Origin: a virus
Taxonomy: Duplodnaviria; Caudoviricetes
Direction: 5' to 3' (one strand)
Length of the DNA: 34,007 nt
IMG/VR virus record: IMGVR_UViG_3300043438_001767
Span: 1-34,007 of that record
Part shown: positions 1 to 8,693 of the stretch, piece by piece
How the letters are laid out: every line of letters starts with the position of its first letter
Position numbering within the stretch: the first letter of the stretch is position 1
Translations under genes and position numbers: made by a program
Notes under the pieces: model-generated
Told to the model about the DNA's origin: nothing
Database searches by the model: none
What the model saw: the letters and a program-made list of their open reading frames with translations, nothing else

Positions 1-540
1 AAGTTTAAGTCTCTTAGTCAGATGAATGATGCATTGGTGAATAATATTAATGAAGTTGTTGGTGAAAATGATGTGTTAGTCCATTTAGGGGATTGGAGTT
101 TTGGTGGGTTTGAAAAAATTTCTGAATTCCGTAATCGTATTGTCTGTAAGAACATTCATTTAACGTATGGTAATCACGATCACCATATCCGTAATAATAA
201 AGAAGACATAAAGGATATCTTCAGTTCTACACATGATTATTTGTTTTTAGATATTCGTCGCCCATCTATTGTTGGTAAAGGACAAATGGATAAATACTCC
301 TTTGTGTGTATGCACTACCCTATTGCGTCTTGGGACAGTATGAATGATGGTGTAATTCATTTACACGGTCACGTACACTTACCACCTAATTTACGATTGG
401 GTGAGGGTAAATCATTAGATGTTGGAGTAGATGGTAACAACTTACACCCAATATCTTTGGACGAGGTTTTATCTATCGTTAAAAACCAACCTATTAAAAA
501 ATTATCCTTACCAAAGGATCATCACGAAAAAAGAATTTAA
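1..540 (+). CDS. Calcineurin-like metallophosphoesterase (5'-truncated by window edge)
   Basis: HLGD, GNHD, HYP and HGHVH motifs; the frame is open from base 1, so the true start probably lies upstream. Confidence 0.85.
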   Translation, partial: KFKSLSQMNDALVNNINEVVGENDVLVHLGDWSFGGFEKISEFRNRIVCKNIHLTYGNHDHHIRNNKEDIKDIFSSTHDYLFLDIRRPSIVGKGQMDKYSFVCMHYPIASWDSMNDGVIHLHGHVHLPPNLRLGEGKSLDVGVDGNNLHPISLDEVLSIVKNQPIKKLSLPKDHHEKRI

Positions 541-555
541 ATTAAATTAATATAT

Positions 556-738
556 ATGAGTAAAGAAAGTAGTTCTAGTGGAATTGGAATCGGGATGGTT
601 CTTTTCCTTATTTTTATGGTTTTAAAATTGACAAACCATATCGATTGGAGTTGGTGGTGGATCACAAGTCCTCTGTGGATACCAGTTTTATTTCTAATTT
701 TATTTTTTATAATAAGTTATATAGTTTTAAAACGATGA
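556..738 (+). CDS. Small phage membrane protein
   Basis: Two hydrophobic segments around IDWSWWWITSPLWIP; stop overlaps next start (ATGA). Confidence 0.7.
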   Translation: MSKESSSSGIGIGMVLFLIFMVLKLTNHIDWSWWWITSPLWIPVLFLILFFIISYIVLKR

Positions 739-1157
739 GTGAAAAAGTTCTATATATTGTAAGAGGTGTACCTGGTTCAGGTAAATCTACATTCGCTAAA
801 AGATTAGTGGGAGAAGATTTCTTAGTTTGTGAGGCAGACAAATATTTTGTCGATAAAGAAACTGGGGAGTATAATTTTGATTTTACCAAAATCAAAGATG
901 CACATAAATTCTGTCAGGATACTGTCGAAACATATATGAAGGATTCGTTGGTTAATGATAACTTCTACAGAGAGATTGCAGTTTCTAATACATTCACACA
1001 GGAGTGGGAAATGGAACGTTATTATGAGTTGGCAAAACAATATGGGTATAAAGTGTTCTCAATCATTGTAGAGAATAGACACGAAGGTATAAATGAACAC
1101 GGTGTTCCTGAAGATAAAATTCAAATAATGAAAGATAGGTTCGAAATAAAACTATAA
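735..1157 (+). CDS. P-loop kinase (AAA_33 / polynucleotide-kinase-like)
   Basis: Walker A RGVPGSGKST, EAD and VSNTF motifs, HGVP near the C-terminus; start reassigned to ATG 735 (MSEKVLY). Confidence 0.85.
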   Translation: MSEKVLYIVRGVPGSGKSTFAKRLVGEDFLVCEADKYFVDKETGEYNFDFTKIKDAHKFCQDTVETYMKDSLVNDNFYREIAVSNTFTQEWEMERYYELAKQYGYKVFSIIVENRHEGINEHGVPEDKIQIMKDRFEIKL

Positions 1158-1205
1158 AATACTTTACTATGTGGTGAAATTTTATATAATTAAATAAAAA
1201 AAAAT

Positions 1206-1631
1206 ATGAATAAAGTTGAATTAAACAAGAGTGTAACAGTCCATTACACTGGAAGATTAGAGGACGGAACAGTATTTGATTCTTCTCTAAGTGAAGGAAG
1301 AGAACCACTAAGAACTATTTTAGGTCAAGGTAATTTAATTCCTGGTTTTGAAAGAGGTATTTTAGATAAAAATGTTGGAGATAAAGTTACTGTAGAGATC
1401 GAACCATCTGATGCGTATGGTGAATACTTAGACGGTTTAGTGACTACCTTAGAAAAAGAAAGATTCCCTGAAAACATCACAGTTGGTGATGTATTACAAT
1501 CTGAAAGTGATAGAGGGACTATGGTTGTAACTGTTACTAACATCAGTGAGGAAGGTGTCACAATTGATGCTAACCATCCTATGGCGGGAAAAAAATTAAT
1601 CTTTGATATTGAGATTATTAACGTAGATTAA
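1206..1631 (+). CDS. FKBP-type peptidyl-prolyl isomerase (SlyD/FkpB-like, no His tail)
   Basis: VHYTGRLEDGTVFDSS, LIPGFE, AYGE and DANHPMAGKKLIF motifs. Confidence 0.92.
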   Translation: MNKVELNKSVTVHYTGRLEDGTVFDSSLSEGREPLRTILGQGNLIPGFERGILDKNVGDKVTVEIEPSDAYGEYLDGLVTTLEKERFPENITVGDVLQSESDRGTMVVTVTNISEEGVTIDANHPMAGKKLIFDIEIINVD

Positions 1632-1645
1632 TTTTAACAGGGGTA

Positions 1646-1674
1646 TTGACATTACCATTTTTTTTCATTAATAT
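1646..1674 (+). promoter_or_regulatory. Host-sigma-type promoter TTGACA-N17-TAATAT
   Basis: TTGACA at 1646-1651 and TAATAT at 1669-1674, upstream of ATG 1698. Confidence 0.55.
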
Positions 1675-1697
1675 TATAAAAAATTAATAATCACATT

Positions 1698-1898
1698 ATG
1701 AAAAACGTTAAAAAAGTGTCACAAAAGGCAGTTAAAAACAGAGAAGAGGAATTACTTTCTCTATTCGGACCCTCTAAAACAAATGTCCCTACAGAATCAT
1801 TAAGTTACATTAGAAAAAATCCTAAAAGATTTGTTCAAAAGATAACTCAGATTTATGGACTTAATTCTGTAGTTAAGTGGGTAGGTGAGAAAGCCTAA
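1698..1898 (+). CDS. Small basic hypothetical protein
   Basis: ORF fills the gap between a promoter and a hairpin. Confidence 0.6.
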   Translation: MKNVKKVSQKAVKNREEELLSLFGPSKTNVPTESLSYIRKNPKRFVQKITQIYGLNSVVKWVGEKA

Positions 1899-1915
1899 TT
1901 CTCTTAAATTTTTAT

Positions 1916-1949
1916 TGAAAGGGGGGGTACATTTTGTATCCCCCCTTCA
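1916..1949. terminator. GC-rich hairpin (possible terminator or insulator)
   Basis: TGAAAGGGGGGGTACA-TTT-TGTATCCCCCCTTCA; no clear U-tract; directly followed by TATTTATA at 1950-1957. Confidence 0.5.
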
Positions 1950-1957
1950 TATTTATA
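1950..1957 (+). promoter_or_regulatory. Putative late promoter motif TATTTATA
   Basis: Recurrent motif; here between a hairpin and the thioredoxin ATG. Confidence 0.5.
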
Positions 1958-1984
1958 TAATAATAAAAAGATAAAAAAAAGAAA

Positions 1985-2275
1985 ATGAATTTAGAAGAAA
2001 TTTTGAAATCTGACAAACCAGTTTTGGTAGATTTTTGGGCGGCTTGGTGTGGTCCCTGTAAAATGATGAACCCAGTGATCGAACAAGTAAAAAGTAATAA
2101 TGAAAACTTAGAGGTTGTTAAAGTTAATGTGGACGAAGAAAGAGATTTGGCAGTTAAATACCAAATAAGAAGTATTCCCACATTAGTACTATTTAAGGAA
2201 GGTGTACCTGTTTGGAGAAACAGTGGTGTACTCACCGAACAAACAATAAGTGATAAGATAAAAGAAGTACTTTAA
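1985..2275 (+). CDS. trxA: Thioredoxin
   Basis: VLVDFWAAWCGPCK active site and SIPT cis-proline loop. Confidence 0.95.
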   Translation: MNLEEILKSDKPVLVDFWAAWCGPCKMMNPVIEQVKSNNENLEVVKVNVDEERDLAVKYQIRSIPTLVLFKEGVPVWRNSGVLTEQTISDKIKEVL

Positions 2276-2278
2276 AAT

Positions 2279-2303
2279 AAAACCCACAACAGTGGGTTTT
2301 TTT
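2279..2303 (+). terminator. Rho-independent terminator
   Basis: AAAACCCAC-AACA-GTGGGTTTT followed by a T run, just after the trxA stop. Confidence 0.8.
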
Positions 2304-2314
2304 ATTTTATAGAA

Positions 2315-2322
2315 TATTTATA
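2315..2322 (+). promoter_or_regulatory. Putative late promoter motif TATTTATA
   Basis: After a terminator, heading the operon of leader-bearing genes 2376-4285. Confidence 0.55.
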
Positions 2323-2375
2323 GATAGATAACAATAATAAAGTTTTTTTGTGTGAGAAAATTAATACAAAAAATT

Positions 2376-2663
2376 ATGAAAATTTTTAAAGACATTCTAA
2401 CGGAAAACGGAATGTTCTCTCAGAGTAGAATTTATTTACTATGGGCTATTATTGCGTACTATGTTACATTGGGCGTATTATTGGTTGCTGGTATGAATAA
2501 GACTACTCAGTTAGACATTGAAAAATTTAAAATTATTATTGACGCACTTGAATACGCAATGGTTCTTTTTGCGGGATATACCTTTGGTGGTAAATTCTTA
2601 GGGGTTATTAAAACTATTGGTACTCATAGAAAAGACGATAAAAAAGAAGAAGAAAGTAATTAA
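2376..2663 (+). CDS. Two-TM membrane protein (holin-like size and topology)
   Basis: Two hydrophobic helices and a charged C-terminal tail; ATG 2376 preferred over GTG 2352. Confidence 0.6.
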   Translation: MKIFKDILTENGMFSQSRIYLLWAIIAYYVTLGVLLVAGMNKTTQLDIEKFKIIIDALEYAMVLFAGYTFGGKFLGVIKTIGTHRKDDKKEEESN

Positions 2664-2664
2664 A

Positions 2665-3279
2665 ATGAAGATTAGGTTAACAGAAAGTCAATACAAAAGA
2701 TTACTAAAAGAAGATGATAAAGAATTTTTAGATGGTGATGTGGATTTTGCTAATATAGATAACAAAGTCACTCCTGTTATCGCAAAAATATTTATGATGT
2801 TGAAAAATAAAAATTTCCAACCTAATAATAAATATCTATCATATAAATCCCCTTTAGAATCTGATAACTTTAAAAAAATTGCGGAAGAAATTAGAACAAT
2901 AACTGGATATCAAAACGATGAGGTTATACTATTGACACACAATTATTGTTCAGTATTATGGAGTGTTATTGAAAATACAGTAGATTGGAAATCTTTAGTG
3001 GGATTACCTTTAGAATATTACGGTAAGATGAATCACCCTCATTCAGTAAATTGGTCGGGATATCTAAGTGGTTGGGGTAATGGTTCAGTATCGGCATATG
3101 CAACTAATTACGATGACTTCCAAAAAAGGATTGAGGACGGTGATGTAGAAATCGAGTATGAAAATGGTGAAATAGACTACGATGGTGGTGATATCCAATG
3201 GGAAAGAAATTATGATTATGACTACGATAATTTGGATGAATTAGATTTTAATTTAGATAATATTTCTTTTAACGGATAA
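2665..3279 (+). CDS. Leader-bearing hypothetical protein with acidic C-terminus (paralog of 3282-3854)
   Basis: Start reassigned to ATG 2665: MKIRLTESQYKRLLKE. Confidence 0.75.
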   Translation: MKIRLTESQYKRLLKEDDKEFLDGDVDFANIDNKVTPVIAKIFMMLKNKNFQPNNKYLSYKSPLESDNFKKIAEEIRTITGYQNDEVILLTHNYCSVLWSVIENTVDWKSLVGLPLEYYGKMNHPHSVNWSGYLSGWGNGSVSAYATNYDDFQKRIEDGDVEIEYENGEIDYDGGDIQWERNYDYDYDNLDELDFNLDNISFNG

Positions 3280-3281
3280 TT

Positions 3282-3854
3282 ATGAAAATTAAATTAACAG
3301 AAAATCAATACAATAGATTACTTACTGAAGACAAAAACTACGGTACGTTAGGTGATTCTTTTCAACAATATATGATTAGGACATTTAAGTTATTAGGTAA
3401 GAAGAACTTATCGGATGAGGAAATGAAAAAAACAATTAAAGGGGATTTAGGGTTATCTGATCACGAAACTAAAATCCTTCTTTATAATTATAAAAATAAA
3501 TTCTTACCATTACCTATTTCAGAGTATGATAGTTTAATAGGGACACCAATAGATTTTGTTGGTACTTATACATTAAAAGTAGTTATGCCAACTGTAATAT
3601 CTTGCAGAACATATATTGAGGGTTTTGTAGAAGTTACTGCCACATCGCCACAAGACGCAATAGAAAAGGTTTCTGATGGTACATATGAAATAATGTATTT
3701 AAATAATAATTCTTTAGATTTTCAAGATCCTGATTTAGATTTTGATTTACCTTCAGACGCAGAAATAATGGAGGAGATGACATTAGATAGTGTTAGAGAT
3801 GTAGATTGGAGTGATGAGGAAGAAGTAGAGGATAGAGTAAAATTAAAAATATGA
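3282..3854 (+). CDS. Leader-bearing hypothetical protein with acidic C-terminus
   Basis: MKIKLTENQYNRLLTE leader; aligns by eye with the upstream gene. Confidence 0.75.
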   Translation: MKIKLTENQYNRLLTEDKNYGTLGDSFQQYMIRTFKLLGKKNLSDEEMKKTIKGDLGLSDHETKILLYNYKNKFLPLPISEYDSLIGTPIDFVGTYTLKVVMPTVISCRTYIEGFVEVTATSPQDAIEKVSDGTYEIMYLNNNSLDFQDPDLDFDLPSDAEIMEEMTLDSVRDVDWSDEEEVEDRVKLKI

Positions 3855-4285
3855 AAATAATAATAACTGAAAGTCAATATAAAAAAGTTTTACTAAGAGA
3901 ATTTGGTGAAACCGTTGAAGATCCTAAGAAATGGTATCGGATGATACTTAAGTGGGTTGATAATAATCCTAAGAGGTTAAGTTTTGATAGTAAGGAATAT
4001 GAAACTATTGCCTACGATGATAAAGGTATATACTTAGGTTATTATGATAAAGAAGGTAACTATGGTTTTGTTGTTACCGAATACGGTATCGGTGTAGATG
4101 ATTATACTGATGTATACCCTGACGAAATATTAGACGAAGAAGAAACTGCGGGTGGTGATGCACCAGCTGGAGGATCTTCTACAGTTTGGCCTCTTACCGA
4201 TGTTGGTAGAGGACCTGCGAACCCTATAGATAGTACACCGTGGGGAGTAAGTCCAACTAGAGGGCCCGCAAATCAATTAACGTAA
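3851..4285 (+). CDS. Leader-bearing hypothetical protein with C-terminal RGPAN repeats
   Basis: MKIIITESQYKKVLLRE leader; GRGPANP...TRGPANQ tail. Confidence 0.75.
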   Translation: MKIIITESQYKKVLLREFGETVEDPKKWYRMILKWVDNNPKRLSFDSKEYETIAYDDKGIYLGYYDKEGNYGFVVTEYGIGVDDYTDVYPDEILDEEETAGGDAPAGGSSTVWPLTDVGRGPANPIDSTPWGVSPTRGPANQLT

Positions 4286-4292
4286 TTAAACG

Positions 4293-4397
4293 TTATTTAC
4301 CGTTATTGTTTTGTGTGGTTGGTTGTGTAGTGGTTTGGTTACTACTTTGAGTTACTGGTTTAGCAACTGGTTTTTTGTTTTTACATCCGCATCCCAT
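4293..4397 (-). CDS. 34-aa microprotein MGCGCKNKKPVAKPVTQSSNQTTTQPTTQNNNGK
   Basis: Translated by hand (below the ORF-track cutoff); fills the gap and has its own TATTTATA motif at 4430-4437 on the minus strand. Confidence 0.7.
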   Translation of the reverse strand: MGCGCKNKKPVAKPVTQSSNQTTTQPTTQNNNGK

Positions 4398-4429
4398 AAT
4401 TTCTAATGTTTTTTATAGTATTATTATAT

Positions 4430-4437
4430 TATAAATA
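4430..4437 (-). promoter_or_regulatory. Putative late promoter motif TATTTATA
   Basis: Lies within a 23-bp element identical to 26722-26744. Confidence 0.6.
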
Positions 4438-4477
4438 TCATCTATTTTTTTTAATTGTAAATATTTCACACTAAAAA

Positions 4478-4509
4478 TTTGGTAGTTTGGGAAATATTGT
4501 GTATATTTG
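4478..4509 (+). promoter_or_regulatory. Bacteroidota primary-sigma promoter (-33 TTTG / -7 TATATTTG)
   Basis: TTTG 4478-4481, 20-nt spacer, TATATTTG 4502-4509. Confidence 0.8.
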
Positions 4510-4524
4510 TAGAAAATATAACAT

Positions 4525-5523
4525 ATGAATTTAGATTTTTTGAAAGAAGTTTTGTCCTTACCATCAATATCTGGTGATGAAAGTATGGTTAGAGATTACA
4601 TTATAGAATACGCAAAAACTTATGGTATTGATTATTACACCGATAAAAAGGGTAATATTTATCTCACTAAGGGTATGTTAGATTCTACGGATGAATATTT
4701 CCCATGTGTAGTTTCCCATATGGACACAGTACACAGATCACATAGAACCCTAATTGAAAATAAAGTTAGATTAACCATCAAAGAAGATAATTTAGGTTGG
4801 TTAACTGCACACCATCCAGAAACGGATAAACAAACTGGTATTGGTGGTGATGACAAATGTGGTGTCTATGTTTGTTTAGAATTATTCAAAAACTTTGATA
4901 AATTAAAAGGTGCCTTTTTTGTTGAGGAAGAAATTGGTATGTTAGGTTCTAAAGAATCTGATGATAAATTCTTTGAAAATGTGGGATACGCAATCCAATT
5001 CGATGCACCATCATCAAACTGGATATCGGAAGTTTGTAGTGGTGTTAAATTATTCGATGAAGATTTCAAAAATGAGATAAAAGGTGTGTTGAATGAATCG
5101 GGATATAATAAATTTAGTATTGATCCATTTACAGATGTTAATCAGTTAGCAAAAAAATATGACTTTAACTGTTTGAATTTAGGTTGTGGTTATTACAGAC
5201 AACATAGTGATTCCGAATATGTGGTTATAAGTGAGGTTGAGGATTCTTTGAAGGCTGGTATACGACTAATAAATAAATTAGGTGTAACTAAATATGTTCA
5301 CAAAAAAACTGCGGTGAAACCAATTATAAGTGAGACATATGGGGCTGGTTTATCTTCTCAGTTTGATGAGTTTGATGATAATCCATTTGAGGATGAGTTT
5401 GATGAAATGGGTGCGACTGTTACAGAAATGGTTATAACTATGTTTATTGGAGGTATTAGTGAGAAAGAAATATGTGAAGAAGTTTCAAAATATTTAAGGG
5501 ACACTTATGAAGAATATGTTTAA
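4525..5523 (+). CDS. Zn-dependent peptidase, M20/M28/M42 clan
   Basis: SHMDTV, GGDDKCG, EEEIG and H(SDSE) metal-ligand pattern. Confidence 0.85.
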   Translation: MNLDFLKEVLSLPSISGDESMVRDYIIEYAKTYGIDYYTDKKGNIYLTKGMLDSTDEYFPCVVSHMDTVHRSHRTLIENKVRLTIKEDNLGWLTAHHPETDKQTGIGGDDKCGVYVCLELFKNFDKLKGAFFVEEEIGMLGSKESDDKFFENVGYAIQFDAPSSNWISEVCSGVKLFDEDFKNEIKGVLNESGYNKFSIDPFTDVNQLAKKYDFNCLNLGCGYYRQHSDSEYVVISEVEDSLKAGIRLINKLGVTKYVHKKTAVKPIISETYGAGLSSQFDEFDDNPFEDEFDEMGATVTEMVITMFIGGISEKEICEEVSKYLRDTYEEYV

Positions 5524-5701
5524 TTTCGATTTTGATGAAATGGATAGGGGTCAAATTAAAACATTTAGTTTGGTTGCAGTATTAGTTTTTTTTAGTATCA
5601 TCGCAATACTTTTGATTTTCCCAATTATTTTTTATATAATTGTATTCTTAGGTATAGTAATACCATCATATTTCCTTTATAAAAACTATAAAAATAAATA
5701 A
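5507..5701 (+). CDS. Small membrane protein
   Basis: Long hydrophobic stretch; tight operon packing. Confidence 0.6.
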   Translation: MKNMFNFDFDEMDRGQIKTFSLVAVLVFFSIIAILLIFPIIFYIIVFLGIVIPSYFLYKNYKNK

Positions 5702-5702
5702 T

Positions 5703-5957
5703 ATGAAAACAATATACAAATACCCGTTAACTTCACAGGACTGTACTTTAAAATTACCTAAAGGTGCAGAAATCCTAACAGTAAAATTACAGAATGAAAC
5801 CCCGACTCTTTGGGCTTTGGTAAACCCTAACGATGAATTAGAAGAAAGACATATCTGTATTGTAGGAACTGGTTGGGATCTTGACGATAATATGAAATAC
5901 ATCACTACATATATTGATGGATATTTCGTATGGCATATATTTGAACTATTAAAATAA
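5703..5957 (+). CDS. Conserved phage hypothetical protein
   Basis: KTIYKYPL...LPKGAEIL...LWALV...GTG...VWHIFE pattern common in phages. Confidence 0.7.
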   Translation: MKTIYKYPLTSQDCTLKLPKGAEILTVKLQNETPTLWALVNPNDELEERHICIVGTGWDLDDNMKYITTYIDGYFVWHIFELLK

Positions 5958-5962
5958 ATAAT

Positions 5963-7942
5963 ATGAATTGTAATATCTTAAAAGAAAAAAACATTGTAGA
6001 GAGAATCCTTAATGATTTATCTAAGTACGGTGATATCCCTAACAAAGGATTTTTATCTGGTGGGGCGGTTGCTAACACATTAATGTCTTATGTGTGGGGC
6101 GGAGAATACCCTATCAATGACTTAGATATTTTTATTGACGATACTGATTCGATGTTATTCCGTAACCCAACCACGCCAATAAGATCGAATAAATTAATCA
6201 TTGAGGGTGATGGTTATATGGTTACTAAATTATCTTATGATCATGGAAGTAATTACCAAATAGTATCAGTAGAAAGAGAAGACTATCTGAATAGAATTTT
6301 TATAAGTTCGGCTAGACAAAACGTTGGTTATAGTTATGTACTTAATGGGTTTGACTTTAACTGTTGCCAGGTTGGAATTGATTTAGAAAATAACAGTTTA
6401 TGTTATACGGAATCTTTTGAGAATTTTCTTAATAACAAACAATTGGAGGTTACTGCGATTTATACTCCCGCACATACTGCCATTAGATTGTTTAAAAAAT
6501 TAGATGAACTTAAATGTTATTGCAATGTTGAGGAGTCTATGAATTTGTTATCACAACCGTTATTGTTGGAAAACATAATCAGTCTAAGTCCTAAACATTT
6601 TGGTTTATATTTTAGTACAAAGTATAAAGAAATGTATTTCACATACTACAGTAAAATAAGAGAATACTTTAAATTAACTAAGTTCTTCGATCATAAGAAA
6701 AGTGTATGGAATTTAAGAAACGGTGTTAAACAAGTTGATGGTGCGGATCACATAGCCAATTGGTTGAACCCAAATGCGAATATACCTACAGAGGTATTAA
6801 GTATGTGGGCTAAGAACAACGATATAATGTGGACACTCACACCTAAAAAATATGTTAATTTAGATGTGGAAATTAATAAAGTTTTATTCGGTGTTAGTTT
6901 TAACCCATTAACATTTATGAACGCCTATAACATAGTTAAGGGTAAAACAAATAAAAAGTTAAAGGCTAAGGCGGAGAAAGTAGTGATGGGGGATTATTAC
7001 CTATGTAAAGTTATTTCTTTAGTAGACAATAACTTCTATAACTGTGATTTTGATTCTTCACACGTTAAAGAGTTGGAATCTTTTATGGATAAAGATAGAT
7101 GGGTAGTACCGTATATTGCAAAGAATAGGTTAAACCTACAAGAATCTTTAAATTTAACTAGAGAAATTAAAAGAGTTTATAGTAATGATGGTGAATGGGT
7201 TTCAGAATTAGTTGCAAATTTCTTAAATACCGTTAATAAATTCTATAAGGTTACTTATGACAGTATCGTTGAGGGTATTAGGAAAGAAAAAGAAAAATAC
7301 TGCGTTAACCTTTACGAACCTTTAGATTTTAGTGATTTAACTTTACCTGAGGGTGTGAAGATAAAAGAGTTGATTACTGAGTTAGATTTACAGTGGGCAG
7401 GTAATAAACTAAAAAATTGTATGAACAATCCTGGACAAAATTATAAAGGTAAAATAGAGGGAGGTAATACTAAACTTTTCTTAATAGTAACACCAAATAA
7501 TATGTCAGGTTTAGAGTTAAGATTGGTAGAGGATTCAGTATTTAAACAAGTGCAAATATTATCGTACTGTAATAAAGAGACTAGTGAGTATCATAATATA
7601 ATCTCATCTATTTTTGTAAATTATGTTAATATGTTACATCTGAAGAAAACTTATGAAAGTAAGATAAATAATTTCATAACTTTAGATATGATGAATAGAA
7701 GTATGTTAGTTAATGTAACAGATGATGATACGTCAAAAAATAGTAAATCATTTGGATTCTTAGCACCAGTCGAAAACCGATATGATGAACCAATGGAAAT
7801 GAATGTAGTTGAAGAAAGGCCTAGATTCCGCAATGTTAGAATGGAACTTGAAAATTTACCTGATTTAGATAATGTTAGAATGGAAGCCCCAGAGGATGAG
7901 ATAGATGGGTATGACTATGATTATCCAGACGCTAGGGCATAG
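5963..7942 (+). CDS. Nucleotidyltransferase-like protein with possible PcfJ-like C-terminal region
   Basis: N-terminal SGGAV...DLDIF and FDFNCCQVG (Pol-beta / CCA-type NTase signature); C-terminal EL...L..AG.KLKNCM. Confidence 0.55.
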   Translation: MNCNILKEKNIVERILNDLSKYGDIPNKGFLSGGAVANTLMSYVWGGEYPINDLDIFIDDTDSMLFRNPTTPIRSNKLIIEGDGYMVTKLSYDHGSNYQIVSVEREDYLNRIFISSARQNVGYSYVLNGFDFNCCQVGIDLENNSLCYTESFENFLNNKQLEVTAIYTPAHTAIRLFKKLDELKCYCNVEESMNLLSQPLLLENIISLSPKHFGLYFSTKYKEMYFTYYSKIREYFKLTKFFDHKKSVWNLRNGVKQVDGADHIANWLNPNANIPTEVLSMWAKNNDIMWTLTPKKYVNLDVEINKVLFGVSFNPLTFMNAYNIVKGKTNKKLKAKAEKVVMGDYYLCKVISLVDNNFYNCDFDSSHVKELESFMDKDRWVVPYIAKNRLNLQESLNLTREIKRVYSNDGEWVSELVANFLNTVNKFYKVTYDSIVEGIRKEKEKYCVNLYEPLDFSDLTLPEGVKIKELITELDLQWAGNKLKNCMNNPGQNYKGKIEGGNTKLFLIVTPNNMSGLELRLVEDSVFKQVQILSYCNKETSEYHNIISSIFVNYVNMLHLKKTYESKINNFITLDMMNRSMLVNVTDDDTSKNSKSFGFLAPVENRYDEPMEMNVVEERPRFRNVRMELENLPDLDNVRMEAPEDEIDGYDYDYPDARA

Positions 7943-8009
7943 AAAATTTATAGATAAAATATATTAATATTCCCATTCTCCCAGATATTTATTATTAAAA
8001 TATGGGGAG

Positions 8010-8198
8010 ATGGGAACTAAGGAAAAAAAGGGGTGTGTCCTATTCTATCTTGGTAAAACCAAAGAGGAAGAACTTATGTCAAATTTCGATAGAATATATG
8101 ACATCCACAAATTTTTGGCGTTAAAAAAGGGATTCTTAGGTGAAATTAAATTCGTAGAATCCCTTGAAACTATCTACATATATGTTAAAATTTCTTAG
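8010..8198 (+). CDS. Small hypothetical protein
   Basis: ORF downstream of TATTTATT (7986-7993); start lies inside an inverted repeat. Confidence 0.5.
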   Translation: MGTKEKKGCVLFYLGKTKEEELMSNFDRIYDIHKFLALKKGFLGEIKFVESLETIYIYVKIS

Positions 8199-8692
8199 AT
8201 TGTTTTAGTAACGTTTAATGATTTATTTATTTCATATAAACCAATCCTACTGTCACCAATAATTTTTAAGTTGTCAATAATCTCCTTAAATTTATTTTCT
8301 TCTTCTCTTTGTTCAGTGACAAACCATTGTAAGAAGTTTTCTGTTGTGTAATCACCAACTTCTTTACATTTACTAATAATCTTATTAATTGAATTAGTAA
8401 CTTTTCTTTCATTAGATAAAGACATCTCAAATAAGGAAAGAATATTAAATTCTAAATCTTCATCATCCATATAATTGTAATTAGGTACTATTGGTTCAGC
8501 CTCTTGTTCTAATATATATTCGAACAGTTTGATTGCGTGTTCTCTTTCTTCATTAGATTGATTTAAAAAGAATTTAGAAATACCACCATAACGGTTTTCA
8601 CTAAATTTCCTACATAGGTTTAGGTAGAAATACGATGCCGTATTCTCTAACCAAATTTGTTCGTTTAATAACGATAAAACTTCTTTGTTCAT
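8195..8692 (-). CDS. ftnA: Non-heme ferritin
   Basis: LNEQIWLE, EEREHA, E..VT..I and FLQWFVTEQREEE ferroxidase ligands. Confidence 0.92.
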   Translation of the reverse strand: MNKEVLSLLNEQIWLENTASYFYLNLCRKFSENRYGGISKFFLNQSNEEREHAIKLFEYILEQEAEPIVPNYNYMDDEDLEFNILSLFEMSLSNERKVTNSINKIISKCKEVGDYTTENFLQWFVTEQREEENKFKEIIDNLKIIGDSRIGLYEINKSLNVTKTI

Positions 8693-8693
8693 A

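Noticed and set aside
4286-4400. GT-rich repetitive tract as a possible ncRNA, origin or repeat array
   Set aside because: Explained by Thr/Gln/Pro codons of the minus-strand microprotein
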